Source: an uncultured Desulfobacter sp.
Lineage (GTDB): Bacteria; Desulfobacterota; Desulfobacteria; Desulfobacterales; Desulfobacteraceae
Assembly: GCA_963665095.1 (NCBI GenBank)
Contig: OY762069.1
Span: 864,001-928,000, forward strand
Length of the DNA: 64,000 nucleotides
Direction: 5' to 3'
Made by a program: the position numbers and the translations under genes. Shown here one piece after another: positions 32,257 to 41,916 of the stretch (within the stretch, counting starts at the first letter, position 1; every line of letters starts with the position of its first letter). The notes beneath the pieces are model-generated. The model was given only the letters and a program-made list of their open reading frames with translations. It was not told the DNA's origin and made no database searches.

Positions 32257-33117
32257 TCAGATATTGAGCCGGATGCCGTCCTGGTAGGCAATGCTCCTGG
32301 ACCACCTGCCAATGGCGTCATCATTATTGGCTGCCATCATCAGCCGTTCAATACCAAATCCCATGCCTGCCCAGCACTCGGTAATGCCCCATGCCGGATC
32401 CAGGGGGTGGGGGCCAATGGCACCGGAGGCAAGCTCGGTGTCGCTGGGCAGGTGGACTAAATCCAGGGTAGCCCCATAGACATCAGATGCCTCGGTTTCA
32501 AACTGAACATCAGCGATCCCGGCTGCATCGGCCACACGGCCTGCCAGGTCCTTAAGCCTTTCCATTAATTTTTCAGGTGCCGGGTCAGGGGTTTCAGAAC
32601 CCATTTCCACCAGGTTGAGCATGGTAAATTCGTTGTTGTGCCGGGCCCCGTCAGATTCCTTTCTGAAGCAGGATCCCATCTCAAAAAAGCGGATGGGTCT
32701 TTGGGGGAGCCTTCCAAAATCAAGCATAAGACTGTACAGATTCGTGGCAAGCATGGGACGCAAACACTGCCGGTCATTGATCCAGAAGACCTGTTTGAAC
32801 AACGGATGATCTACGGTAATGGTCATTTTTGCCAGGGCCGTTCTGGTAATAATGGTAGGGGTGTAAACCCTGGCAAAGCCCTCTTTCATGAGCAGATCAC
32901 AAATCTTTTCTTTCATCACCTCAATCTGAGGTCGCAGGCTCTGGGTCAGAAAATGGGACAACTGTCCCCGGGCCTGTTTCACCATCTCTTTTTCAAGTTT
33001 CTGAAACGCCTGGTTTCTTTCTGCTGATGTGTGAAATGCAAGCGTCAAGGCATCGGAAGAGGCTTTCAGCTCTTTGAGACGGGCCGCCTGGGTCTGTGTC
33101 CATGCAAAAGTTGTCAA
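32257..33117 (-). CDS. pylSc: Pyrrolysyl-tRNA synthetase, catalytic C-terminal subunit
   Basis: CLRPMLATNLY, FRKES, EFTMLNLVE, ELASG and GFGIERL motifs; TTG start with GGGAGG RBS. Confidence 0.96.
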   Translation of the reverse strand: MTTFAWTQTQAARLKELKASSDALTLAFHTSAERNQAFQKLEKEMVKQARGQLSHFLTQSLRPQIEVMKEKICDLLMKEGFARVYTPTIITRTALAKMTITVDHPLFKQVFWINDRQCLRPMLATNLYSLMLDFGRLPQRPIRFFEMGSCFRKESDGARHNNEFTMLNLVEMGSETPDPAPEKLMERLKDLAGRVADAAGIADVQFETEASDVYGATLDLVHLPSDTELASGAIGPHPLDPAWGITECWAGMGFGIERLMMAANNDDAIGRWSRSIAYQDGIRLNI

Positions 33118-33137
33118 AAAAAGTCCCTCCCTTAAAC

Positions 33138-33971
33138 TTACGCTAATAGATTTACAGCCATGGCTGCCACCCCAAGTTCAAGCTTATCATGAACCAGGCG
33201 CGCCTTGATCCTGTCAAGCCAGCTGTCTGAAATTCCCAGAGGCACGCCCGGTGCGGCCACCCTCATCTGTTCCCCAATCAGATGGTCGGGGATGGTATGG
33301 GCGACAGGGGTTGCCTCCAAAACCAGGTTGACCTCGGTCAATGCCGTTGTCACATCTGTTGAAACCCGGATGTCCCGGTTTCCCCATGGGGTCTGAAGCC
33401 TGTTCTGCAACGCATTGGATATGTCCGGTTTGATGTCGTACAAAATAAGATCTGCCCCGAGGGACAAAAGCTTTTCAGCTGCGGATTCCCCCACAGGTCC
33501 GCACCCCATGACAAGCACAGCTTTATGTGCAAGCGTGCCGGCCATCAACTCCAGGGCCGAAGCATAGACCTGACCCGTCAGTATGGTATTGTCTGACACA
33601 ACCTTACTGCCCAGATTGATTCCCACAAACCGGTCATCATCTGCCATCATCACAGCGTCTGCCCCGCTTTCATACGCTCCGGCAAGACCTGAAACATCTG
33701 AATTTTCTGCTATGGATGCCGCAAACCCTAAATGGGACAAAATGGCACATACTGTTTCTGAAAACCGGGATATCTCCCCAAGGCCTGAGGTAACCGGTAC
33801 CACCTGAATGGTAAACCTTCGGGCCTGCTCATGCACCAGATTTTCATTCCTTTCCAGACAGTGGCAGGCAATCCCCAACAGGCTTTTACCGGTTGTCTCA
33901 ATCAACTGCCGGTCACAGGCCGCAAGGGCGTGTTCAATTGGCGTGATGTCTTTAGTTGTCAAACGGGTCAA
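33138..33971 (-). CDS. pylD: 3-methylornithyl-N6-lysine dehydrogenase (pyrrolysine synthase)
   Basis: VPVTSGLG, SDVSG, MADDDRF, GCGPVG, APGVP and DKLELGVAAM motifs. Confidence 0.95.
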   Translation of the reverse strand: MTRLTTKDITPIEHALAACDRQLIETTGKSLLGIACHCLERNENLVHEQARRFTIQVVPVTSGLGEISRFSETVCAILSHLGFAASIAENSDVSGLAGAYESGADAVMMADDDRFVGINLGSKVVSDNTILTGQVYASALELMAGTLAHKAVLVMGCGPVGESAAEKLLSLGADLILYDIKPDISNALQNRLQTPWGNRDIRVSTDVTTALTEVNLVLEATPVAHTIPDHLIGEQMRVAAPGVPLGISDSWLDRIKARLVHDKLELGVAAMAVNLLA

Positions 33972-35161
33972 ATGACAGTTGCCTCCTGGTTGGTTTTGAC
34001 AGCGATACTCTTTTTAATTAAACTGGCGGTCACTGCTTTTTTCTTTTCAATATCTTCAAAACTGCTGCCGGTATAAATCATGGTGGCCACCCATACCTCT
34101 TTGCCGGCAGAAAAACTGGTAATGGCCTCATCCGCGCCCAGGAATCCTTTGATCAACTTCAACGGCCCACGTTTACCCATGCACCCTTCACCCAGGATCT
34201 CCAACTGGTCCCCATCGACCCTTATATGTTCAACCACGGCGTGCCTGGCTTTATCTTTCCGGTTATAGACAGGAACGTTTCTGCCGGTAAAAAGAGAACC
34301 TAACGCCGCAACCATATTAAATCCTGAGGCGTGATATACCGCCATGGGGGTCTGGCTTGGAAACCGGGCGTCAATTTCAAGCAGTCTGAGTTCATCCTCA
34401 TGCAGAATCACCTCCAGATCCATGATCCCTCGCAACTGTATCTCTTCAGCAATGGTAACAGCCATCTGCTCAAAGCGCCGGATCAATTTTTCGGACAGTT
34501 TTGACGGTGCCAGCACCCGGCAGCAGTCCCACTCCCGGTCCATATCAAGATCTGTGACCTGGAGGGGAAGATAGTGGTTGGGCAACCCTATAATTTCAAT
34601 GGAGAAACTTGGGCCTGTAAGATACTCCTGGATAATCAGGTTCTCCGGCAGGTTCTCAGATAGATTCTCTGTATGGAGATCGGTTGAGAAAAAAGCATCC
34701 AAGGCAGGCCTGGATTCAAACACCCGGACGCCTTTGGACCCGCTGGCATTGTCCGGTTTGGATATCACAGGGAATTCACAGTCTGGCCAGTAACGGGGTG
34801 CCGGAAGCTTTAAAGTCTTGAACAACCGGTCTGATGCGCGTTTTGAACAGCTTAGGGAAAAGGCGGAAAGATCAAAGGCCAGGGGAATATCCATCTGCCT
34901 GGCCCATTCCCTGATATTGTTAAGGGCTGACAGGTCTTCCAGTGCCGGCAGAATCAAATCAATCGGGGGCAGGTTTTTTGGCATTTCAGGGCCGAAGTCA
35001 CTGTTAAACAGGCTGAAATCATATTGCACAAAGGCATCGCACAGACCCAATGCAGGCGGGTCAGGATCTTTATCCATTACAAGGGTATTCCATCCTGCTT
35101 TCCGGGCAAGGTAGGCAACTTCCACCCCCTGGAGCCTGCCGCCCACAATGGCCACTAACAT
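33968..35161 (-). CDS. pylC: 3-methylornithine--L-lysine ligase (ATP-grasp)
   Basis: VGGRLQGVE, SGSKGV, GIMDLE and LEIDARFPSQTP motifs. Confidence 0.96.
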   Translation of the reverse strand: MLVAIVGGRLQGVEVAYLARKAGWNTLVMDKDPDPPALGLCDAFVQYDFSLFNSDFGPEMPKNLPPIDLILPALEDLSALNNIREWARQMDIPLAFDLSAFSLSCSKRASDRLFKTLKLPAPRYWPDCEFPVISKPDNASGSKGVRVFESRPALDAFFSTDLHTENLSENLPENLIIQEYLTGPSFSIEIIGLPNHYLPLQVTDLDMDREWDCCRVLAPSKLSEKLIRRFEQMAVTIAEEIQLRGIMDLEVILHEDELRLLEIDARFPSQTPMAVYHASGFNMVAALGSLFTGRNVPVYNRKDKARHAVVEHIRVDGDQLEILGEGCMGKRGPLKLIKGFLGADEAITSFSAGKEVWVATMIYTGSSFEDIEKKKAVTASLIKKSIAVKTNQEATVI

Positions 35162-36267
35162 GTCGTCTCCTCCCTGTCAAAGAGGTGTTTCTTGACCGTT
35201 GCCAGACGTTTCTCCACCCAGGTCTGGTAATCAAGAGGTGTTGCCGCCGTCAGTCCGCAGGCGTCAATGGCCGGCAGAATTTTTTCCAGGGACCGTCTGG
35301 ACAGATCAATGTCCAGACAGGGGTTTGCAACGCCGGAAAGCCCCTTCTCAGGCGGAACAATGGAGGTGACCACATTGGCCCCGGCTTTGAGTCGTGATTT
35401 AAGGCCGTCAAGGCCTCTGATATCCAGGGACGCCGGGATCAGCACATCCCCAAGCACCAGACGCATCACTGCAATAGTGACCAGCTCCCGGAGGTCACCG
35501 CCAAAGGGCTTGCCCCACATGGGGGTCTCCTCCTGGGGCACAAAGGTCATGGCCCGGGCCTGGTCCACCCCGAATGCCTTCATCCAGAGAATGGAGTCTG
35601 CAATATCTGCGACACGCTCCCCCACATGGAGCAAAATGCCTTCTTCCACCAGCATGCCGTTTTTTCTGGCATGGTGCTTGGCTTCAAGACGCTGGTAAAA
35701 ATCCTGGTTCACCCTGAGGTTACGGAAAAGGGATTTTGAGTGGGTCTCCTGGTAACAGGCGTACCAGGTGGCCCCTTTGCAGCCAAGCTGTGCCAGCACC
35801 TTTTCGGGCAGAAGACCCGGCGAGGCCATCACGGGAAGACCGGTTTGATGCCGGATCTGCTCCACAAGATTGATGAGGGGAGTAAATCCTGAAGCCCCAT
35901 TGTTGAACAACGCCGGATCCTCTCCCATGGTCAGATCAATGAGATGCACCCCGCTTTGGGCCATCTCAACGGCTGTTTCAATGATGCTTTCGGCACTTTT
36001 GCGATACCTGACAAGGCGTAAGTTCTCTTTACGGAAGCTGCAGAACCGGCAGTTGTTCCGGCAATGGGTGGAAAAGTAGATAAACCCGTATAAAAAAATC
36101 TGATTTTCAAAGTATCGGGCTCTGACAAAGCGGGCAGCCTCGAACAGGGCTTCAATCTGGGCGGGATCTTCAAGGCACAGCAGGTCCTCAATCTCTTCTT
36201 TTACCGGTGTGCCGCCGTTTTTCAGGCGGATGAGAAGGTCAGACAACCGCTGGTCTGTGAGTTTCAT
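35155..36267 (-). CDS. pylB: Methylornithine synthase (radical SAM)
   Basis: YGFIYFSTHCRNNCRFC, HLIDLTMGED, ACYQET, IPASLD and GANVVTSI motifs. Confidence 0.96.
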   Translation of the reverse strand: MKLTDQRLSDLLIRLKNGGTPVKEEIEDLLCLEDPAQIEALFEAARFVRARYFENQIFLYGFIYFSTHCRNNCRFCSFRKENLRLVRYRKSAESIIETAVEMAQSGVHLIDLTMGEDPALFNNGASGFTPLINLVEQIRHQTGLPVMASPGLLPEKVLAQLGCKGATWYACYQETHSKSLFRNLRVNQDFYQRLEAKHHARKNGMLVEEGILLHVGERVADIADSILWMKAFGVDQARAMTFVPQEETPMWGKPFGGDLRELVTIAVMRLVLGDVLIPASLDIRGLDGLKSRLKAGANVVTSIVPPEKGLSGVANPCLDIDLSRRSLEKILPAIDACGLTAATPLDYQTWVEKRLATVKKHLFDREETTC

Positions 36268-36638
36268 GGGGTGTTCTTTTCCAGCATGCTGCCCTGGTGG
36301 CGTTTAAACAGGGTAGATGCGTATTTTTCAAGTTTCCACTCCGGCACGCCGCAGTTGGGGCAGACCGAGACAAACCACTTGTTTCTCAACCACCGTCCGG
36401 CCCGGCTGTTCATGGAGTTTTTGGCAATGAACACTTTACCGCAATGGGTGGTGATCCGGGCGGTCTGGGTAGCACCGCTGGTGCTGCTGGCAGGCCCGAG
36501 GATTTCAATGGACCGGATGCCGTGGAGCTGGCCTGTGCGGGAGGGCCACAGCTTGATCTTTTCAATCAGGTTGAACAGGCGCACCCGTTTTCGGATATAG
36601 CGTTTTTTTCCCGGTTTTTTGGGTTTCGGGTCTGTCAT
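36264..36638 (-). CDS. pylSn: Pyrrolysyl-tRNA synthetase, N-terminal tRNA-binding subunit
   Basis: KIKLWPSRTGQLHGI, TTHCG, NSRAGRWLRNK and CPNC..PEWKL motifs. Confidence 0.95.
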   Translation of the reverse strand: MTDPKPKKPGKKRYIRKRVRLFNLIEKIKLWPSRTGQLHGIRSIEILGPASSTSGATQTARITTHCGKVFIAKNSMNSRAGRWLRNKWFVSVCPNCGVPEWKLEKYASTLFKRHQGSMLEKNTP

Positions 36639-36658
36639 GGTTTTGTTTCTGGGTTTTA

Positions 36659-36711
36659 GGCAGATGCTAAAAGGCTGCCTGGTTTACCAGGATGGCTTTT
36701 TAGCATCTGCC
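36659..36711. other. Long hairpin between pylT and pylSn
   Basis: GGCAGATGCTAAAA / TTTTAGCATCTGCC 14-bp perfect stem with inner CCTGG/CCAGG stem. Confidence 0.75.
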
Positions 36712-36716
36712 GGTTG

Positions 36717-36790
36717 TGGCGGAGAGCCCGGGAGTCGCACCCGGCTGCATGGATTTAGAGTCCATGTGATCCCAATCCGATCCACCCTCC
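36717..36790 (-). tRNA. pylT: tRNA-Pyl (anticodon CUA)
   Basis: GGAGGGTGGATCGGATTGGGATCACATGGACTCTAAATCCATGCAGCCGGGTGCGACTCCCGGGCTCTCCGCCA: 6-bp anticodon stem, CUA, short variable loop, no TpsiC, G discriminator, encoded CCA. Confidence 0.97.
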
Positions 36791-36796
36791 ATATTC

Positions 36797-36938
36797 TGTT
36801 TGGACGGGAATTTGTCCAGATGCAAGGCGCAAGCAAGGTTGAAACTGCAAGCGTACTAAAGTACGTGAGGCCCGATTATATGATTTGGCAACTTTGTGCA
36901 GCAACGCCGCAGGTGGGTGAATTCCCGTTCAAGCACTA
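36797..36938. repeat. MITE/REP-like element with 16-bp imperfect terminal inverted repeats
   Basis: TGTTTGGACGGGAATT / AATTCCCGTTCAAGCA; internal GTAC-TAAA-GTAC hairpin; abuts the TAG stop of the upstream gene. Confidence 0.65.
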
Positions 36939-39407
36939 TGCTTTGATTTTGCTGTTTGTTGGATCGTACATAGGCTTCAGGGAGACCTCTGCCGGATACA
37001 CCTTGTCGGCTATGGTGATTTCCCATTTCCCTTCGTCAATGTACGCCTGGGTTACAGGCTGTCCGTCACCGGTTTCAATCATGAACAGGCCAACAGCTCC
37101 GCCCAATGTCCAGCAGTAAGACCCGGTCCTGACGTATCCGGCTTTTTCACCGTTCCTGGTAATAATCTCAGCATGGAACAGCAGCGGATCCGGATCCAGC
37201 ACCTTGATCTGTGCCATACGCCGGGTCAACGGACCTTCAGCCTTTTTCTTCTCGCAGGCTTCCTTGCCGATGAAACCACCGGATTTGTTCATCTTGACGC
37301 AGAACCCCAAACCCACTTCAAAGGGATCATCGGTGTTGTCAATGTCATGGCCGTAGTCGCGGTAGCCTTTTTCCAGACGCAGACTGCCTAAAGCTTTCAA
37401 ACCGGCATGGGTCATGCCGAACTCTTTGCCCTTCTCCACAAGGATGTCGTAGATGTGAAGGGTGTGCTCCACAGGGATGTAAAGCTCGTATCCCAGCTCG
37501 CCCAGGTAGGTGATCCGCACACAGTAGGCCTTGCCGTAGCCGATGTTGATCTCTTCCACATGGCGGAAGGGAAAAGCCTCGTTGCTCATGTCCGCATCAG
37601 TGACCGCCTGCATCAGTTCCCGGGATTTGGGCCCCTGGATATTGATCTGGGAGTAGGCACCTGTCATGTCAGTGACAAAACAGTGGGCATCCGCTGGAAT
37701 ATGGCGTTTCAGCCAGGTCAGGGAGTGGCGCAGCATGGTGTCGGTGACCACTACCAAAAATTTCTCCTCCTCCAGTTTGGCAACAGTGAGGTCGGCTTCC
37801 ATCTTGCCCCGCTCATTGAGCCATGGGGTATAGGTGATCTGTCCCACAGGTCCGTTCACCTCGTTGGTGGACAGGTAGTCCAGGACTTTTCCGGCATCAC
37901 GCCCCTGGACCAGGAATTTGCACATAAAGGACATGTCCATGAGAATGACATTCTCACGGGCGGCTTTATGCTCTGCTTCCCAGTAGGCAAACCAGTCATC
38001 TTTATACCAGGAATGCGCTTTGATAACCGCCTCTTTACCCTCGGGCGCAAACCAGTCCGCACCTTCCCAGCCGCTGACCTCTTTGAAGTAGGCACCGGCA
38101 TTTTTCAGGCGGTCATAGATGGCAGAAGTCTTGGCACCCCTGGCCGTTTCCATGGGCTGGTAGGGATAGTGGCACTTGTACACCTTGCCCAAAGACTCAA
38201 CGGTTCTGTTCTTTCTGTACTCAATGTTGTTCTGGTAGGTGTGCAGACGGTCCATGTTGAAGCCTGTGATATCCACGCCGGGATCGCCGTCCAGGATCCA
38301 GTGGGCCATCATGCGGCCAAGGCCCGGTCCCATGATGATGCCGATGGAGTTCAGACCTGCGCACACAAAGTAGTTTTTCAGCTCCGGTGCCTCCCCAATA
38401 ATGGGGGAGAGGTCGGCGGTGAAACTTTCGGGGCCGCAGAAGAACTTCTTGATTCCCAGCTCCTTGGTCAGGGGTACACGGTCCATGGCGGTTTCAAGGA
38501 AGGGGCCCATGCGGTCCCAGTCCGGTTCGATCTCGCCGAATGAGAAGTCCTCAGGCACTTTTTTCAGCTTCCAGGGCGCGCATACCGGTTCAAACAGACC
38601 GATCATAAGCCCGCCCACCTCCTCACGGTAGTAACCGTAACGGGAGGGGTCTTCGAGAACCGGCATGTTCTTGGGCAGGTTGTCGATCTCTTCGGTGATC
38701 AGGTAGTAGTGCTCGGTGGACTGGTTGGGGATGTTGACACCGGCGGCATTTCCGAGCTGCCGTGCCCACATGCCGGCACAGTTCACAACGATTTCAGCCT
38801 GGATATCGCCCTTGTCGGTTTTAACCCCCACCACCTTGCCGTCTTTTTTAATGATGCCGGTGCAAGGGGTCTTTTCAATGATGTTCACGCCCTGCATTCT
38901 GGCGCCCTTGGCCAGGGCCATGGTGCCGTCAACCGGGTTGACCCGGCCGTCTTCCTTTACATAGAAGCCTGCTTCAAGGTCGCTGACTTCGGCTAAGGGG
39001 AAGAGGTCTTTTATCTCTTTGGGGGAGATTTCATGGACATCCACACCACAGTAGCGGTTGAATGTGGCAACACGGCGGAACTCTTCAAGACGATCCCGGT
39101 TGGAGGCGGCCTCAATGAAGCCGATGGGGGCGAACCCGCTGGAAAGACCTGTTTCAGCTTCCAGGCCGGCATAAAGATTGCGGCCGTACTTTCTCATGTC
39201 GGTCACGGTTTCAGACAGGGACCCAAAGGTGACCATGAGGCCTGCTGCGTGCCAGGTGGTGCCGGAGGTGAGTTCATCACGCTCCAGCAGGACCACGTCT
39301 TTGCAGCCCATATGCCCCAGGTGGTAGGCGATGGAGGTACCGATGATACCACCGCCGATGATCACCACCCTGGCATGTGAGGGCATAGTATTAGTAGTAT
39401 TTCCCAT
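36936..39407 (-). CDS. GcvT-family FAD/THF-dependent dimethylglycine/sarcosine dehydrogenase-like protein
   Basis: GGGIIG, LTSGTTWHAAGL, EHYYLIT, CGPESFT, RITYLGELGYEL and SLRLEKGYRDYG motifs; 823 aa. Confidence 0.92.
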   Translation of the reverse strand: MGNTTNTMPSHARVVIIGGGIIGTSIAYHLGHMGCKDVVLLERDELTSGTTWHAAGLMVTFGSLSETVTDMRKYGRNLYAGLEAETGLSSGFAPIGFIEAASNRDRLEEFRRVATFNRYCGVDVHEISPKEIKDLFPLAEVSDLEAGFYVKEDGRVNPVDGTMALAKGARMQGVNIIEKTPCTGIIKKDGKVVGVKTDKGDIQAEIVVNCAGMWARQLGNAAGVNIPNQSTEHYYLITEEIDNLPKNMPVLEDPSRYGYYREEVGGLMIGLFEPVCAPWKLKKVPEDFSFGEIEPDWDRMGPFLETAMDRVPLTKELGIKKFFCGPESFTADLSPIIGEAPELKNYFVCAGLNSIGIIMGPGLGRMMAHWILDGDPGVDITGFNMDRLHTYQNNIEYRKNRTVESLGKVYKCHYPYQPMETARGAKTSAIYDRLKNAGAYFKEVSGWEGADWFAPEGKEAVIKAHSWYKDDWFAYWEAEHKAARENVILMDMSFMCKFLVQGRDAGKVLDYLSTNEVNGPVGQITYTPWLNERGKMEADLTVAKLEEEKFLVVVTDTMLRHSLTWLKRHIPADAHCFVTDMTGAYSQINIQGPKSRELMQAVTDADMSNEAFPFRHVEEINIGYGKAYCVRITYLGELGYELYIPVEHTLHIYDILVEKGKEFGMTHAGLKALGSLRLEKGYRDYGHDIDNTDDPFEVGLGFCVKMNKSGGFIGKEACEKKKAEGPLTRRMAQIKVLDPDPLLFHAEIITRNGEKAGYVRTGSYCWTLGGAVGLFMIETGDGQPVTQAYIDEGKWEITIADKVYPAEVSLKPMYDPTNSKIKA

Positions 39408-39424
39408 TTATAATCCTTTAATAA

Positions 39425-40894
39425 CTATTCAATTCCCAACTCTTTTTCTGCTTCCACCACTATGGATCTGATCTTCTGAAGCACCTCTTCAGGCAACGGA
39501 TCAGGCGTATGGTTTTCTAAAATGAACTGCACCTTTTGCAACGCTCTTTCATATGCGTTGGTGGCGCCTCTCTTCTCCCAGGAAGCCCTCATTCTTCTGT
39601 CAATAAGTTCAGGGGCTGACTGGCTTCTCATATGGCTGTATGTGTGCTTGTGCATGAGAAAATCTCCGCCAGGTCCCACCTCCTTGATGGGGTCTAATGC
39701 AAGAGTCTCATCATTCACGGGAATTCCCATGACGGTATGTTTGATCATACGCGCAAACTCACAATCAAGAACCAGCTGACCAAAATCAAAGGTGATGCCG
39801 CTTTCAAGCATCCCCGGACCGTAAATCATATTGGCACCTGCCAATGCGGGTATCAGTCCGGTAAGAGTCTTTTCATGGCCAGTCTGGACATCGGATATTT
39901 TTGAATCGCCCTAGCCACCGGCAACATAGCTCGGCAGTGCATAGTACCGGGCCAGCCGGGCAACCGCCCCGCTGATCACAGCACACTCAGGGGTTCCAAC
40001 GCTTGCAGATGCAAGTTTAAGGTCCATGGCAGTGGTTGAACTGCCGTAGATCACCGGCGTTCCCTTACGGGTCAGCTGGGCCAGGGTAATGCCGGAAAGT
40101 ACTTCGGCATTGTGGTTCACAAGGGTCCCTGCCAGGGTAACCGGGGCAGTGCCGCCGGACATGGCCATGGACAGAATATTGCACACCACATTGTTCTTTG
40201 CAGACTCCATGATGATTTCGCAGCAGTCTGAAATCAGGGTCAAAGGGCTTACCGGGCAGGTGGTAAAGGAGACAAGGGGACGTTCCTTGAACTTCTTGAT
40301 CCCGCCGGCAATGGCATGGCCCATCTCAAGAATCTTGTTGAGGAACTTTCCATTCACCGGACCAAAGGCGCAGTGCTTGGTGGTGTTGGTCAGGTAGGCC
40401 TCGGCATTGTGCAGGGCAACGGCACCCTGATCCACGTCATGGGCACCCATGGCCTTTTCACAGAAATCGATCTCCGGCAGATAGTCGATGACCCTGGCGG
40501 AGTCCACCAGGTCTTTTTTGGTGGGTTCCCGGGGTTCGCCGGTGTAGGGGTCGTTGACCATGACCCCTTCGCTGAAGTTGGTAAAATGGACCCGGGTATT
40601 TTCCAGCACAATATCGTGCTTGGGGTCCCGCCCATACAAAATAACTTTGGGTGGTGCCGAACGGATGGCATCCTCCACCACATAGGGGGGAATCTTCACC
40701 CTCCTGGTGTCGTGGTCGACAATGGCCCCACCCTGTTCAAAGCACTCCCGGGCGGCCTGGTCTTCCACAAACACCCCGGTTTCGCTTAAGACTTCCAGGG
40801 TACCGTAGTGGATATCCTGAAGCTCGTCATCCGTGAGGATGTTGAGACTCAGGCCGGAACCAATCTGTCTGCCCGCATGCAGGTTTCGTTTCAT
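39425..40894 (-). CDS. mttB: Pyrrolysine-containing trimethylamine:corrinoid methyltransferase (489 aa, Pyl at codon 328)
   Basis: Two track ORFs join in frame through TAG 39911-39913, giving PSYVAGG-O-GDSKISDVQTGHEKT...GANMIYGPGMLE; AAGGA RBS 8 nt before ATG 40894. Confidence 0.96.
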
Positions 40895-40992
40895 GTGCAT
40901 TGTCCTTGTCTGTTGACGGTCAGATAATCGTCCCTGATTGAGGGAAAACACTGACCAGTTAAGCTTTGGCGGATTTTCCGCGATAATTCAGG

Positions 40993-41043
40993 TTGACTTT
41001 AGGATTTTTTCCAATTATTGTCAACCAGAAATTGTCGAACAAT
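40993..41043. promoter_or_regulatory. Overlapping divergent sigma70-like promoters and putative GntR operator
   Basis: Plus strand TTGACT-17-TATTGT; minus strand TTGACA-17-TAAAGT; palindrome ATTGT-CGA-ACAAT at 41031-41043. Confidence 0.6.
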
Positions 41044-41178
41044 CTGGCACAGGGAGAAATCAATTACACCGGATCTAACCAGACCGAAAAAAACTTCAAG
41101 CCCTGGGAGAACAGATCATAAGCCGGCTGGAACGCCCCCCGTTCCAAGGCAGCTGTACCAGGGCAGAATGGAGATAAA

Positions 41179-41847
41179 ATGATAGTGACCCAGGAAGACC
41201 AGGCATACACTAAAATTAAAGTAGCCATCAGCAAAGGCTATATAAAAAAAGGAAGCAAACTCAAGGAGATCCCCTTGTCCAAGAGCCTTGACATGAGCAG
41301 GGCCACGGTCAAGGGTGCCATCAAACGGCTGGTATTTGAAGGATTGGCCGAGCATGTCCCTAACAAAGGGGTGAGTGTGGTCACGCCCACATTAGAGGAG
41401 ATCAACCAGACATTCCAGGTCAGGGCCCAGCTGGAGCAGATGGCAGTCACCCTGGCCCAGCCCAACCTTTTGCCCGAGGATTACCAGCGCCTGAAGGATC
41501 TGGTCCGCCAGGAGGCGGCACTGTTAAAAACCGGAGAGCTGGAAGGCTACTACGAGATCAATGACGCCTTTCATCTGCACATCGTTGAAAAATCCGGTAA
41601 CCAGGTCCTGGTGCAGTATGTAAGGGATCTGCTCCAGAGGACAAACATCTACCTGGTGCTGTTTGATCCCTTTTATCAGATAGTGGATATGAGCACCCAC
41701 TCTCCGGTTGAACACACGGAAATCCTTAAATTTATGGAAAACGGGGATACGGATGCCGCCGGCAAGGCCATGAAGCAGCACCTTGCCAGCACCGTCAGTG
41801 ACATAGATATGGATCTGCTCTATCCCAAAGATTATTTATCAGTATAA
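41179..41847 (+). CDS. GntR (FadR/FCD) family regulator
   Basis: wHTH (MSRATVKGAIKRLVFEGL), NDAFHLHIVEKSGN, EH and HL FCD motifs. Confidence 0.93.
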   Translation: MIVTQEDQAYTKIKVAISKGYIKKGSKLKEIPLSKSLDMSRATVKGAIKRLVFEGLAEHVPNKGVSVVTPTLEEINQTFQVRAQLEQMAVTLAQPNLLPEDYQRLKDLVRQEAALLKTGELEGYYEINDAFHLHIVEKSGNQVLVQYVRDLLQRTNIYLVLFDPFYQIVDMSTHSPVEHTEILKFMENGDTDAAGKAMKQHLASTVSDIDMDLLYPKDYLSV

Positions 41848-41916
41848 GAAGGCCTTTCTTAACAGAAAGAAATCTGAAAAGCACATGAGCAACAAAATAA
41901 AGAGGAGTAAGTTACC

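Noticed and set aside
39840..39910. PYLIS-like hairpin after the mttB amber codon
   Set aside because: No convincing stem seen by eye, and Pyl insertion is known not to require one
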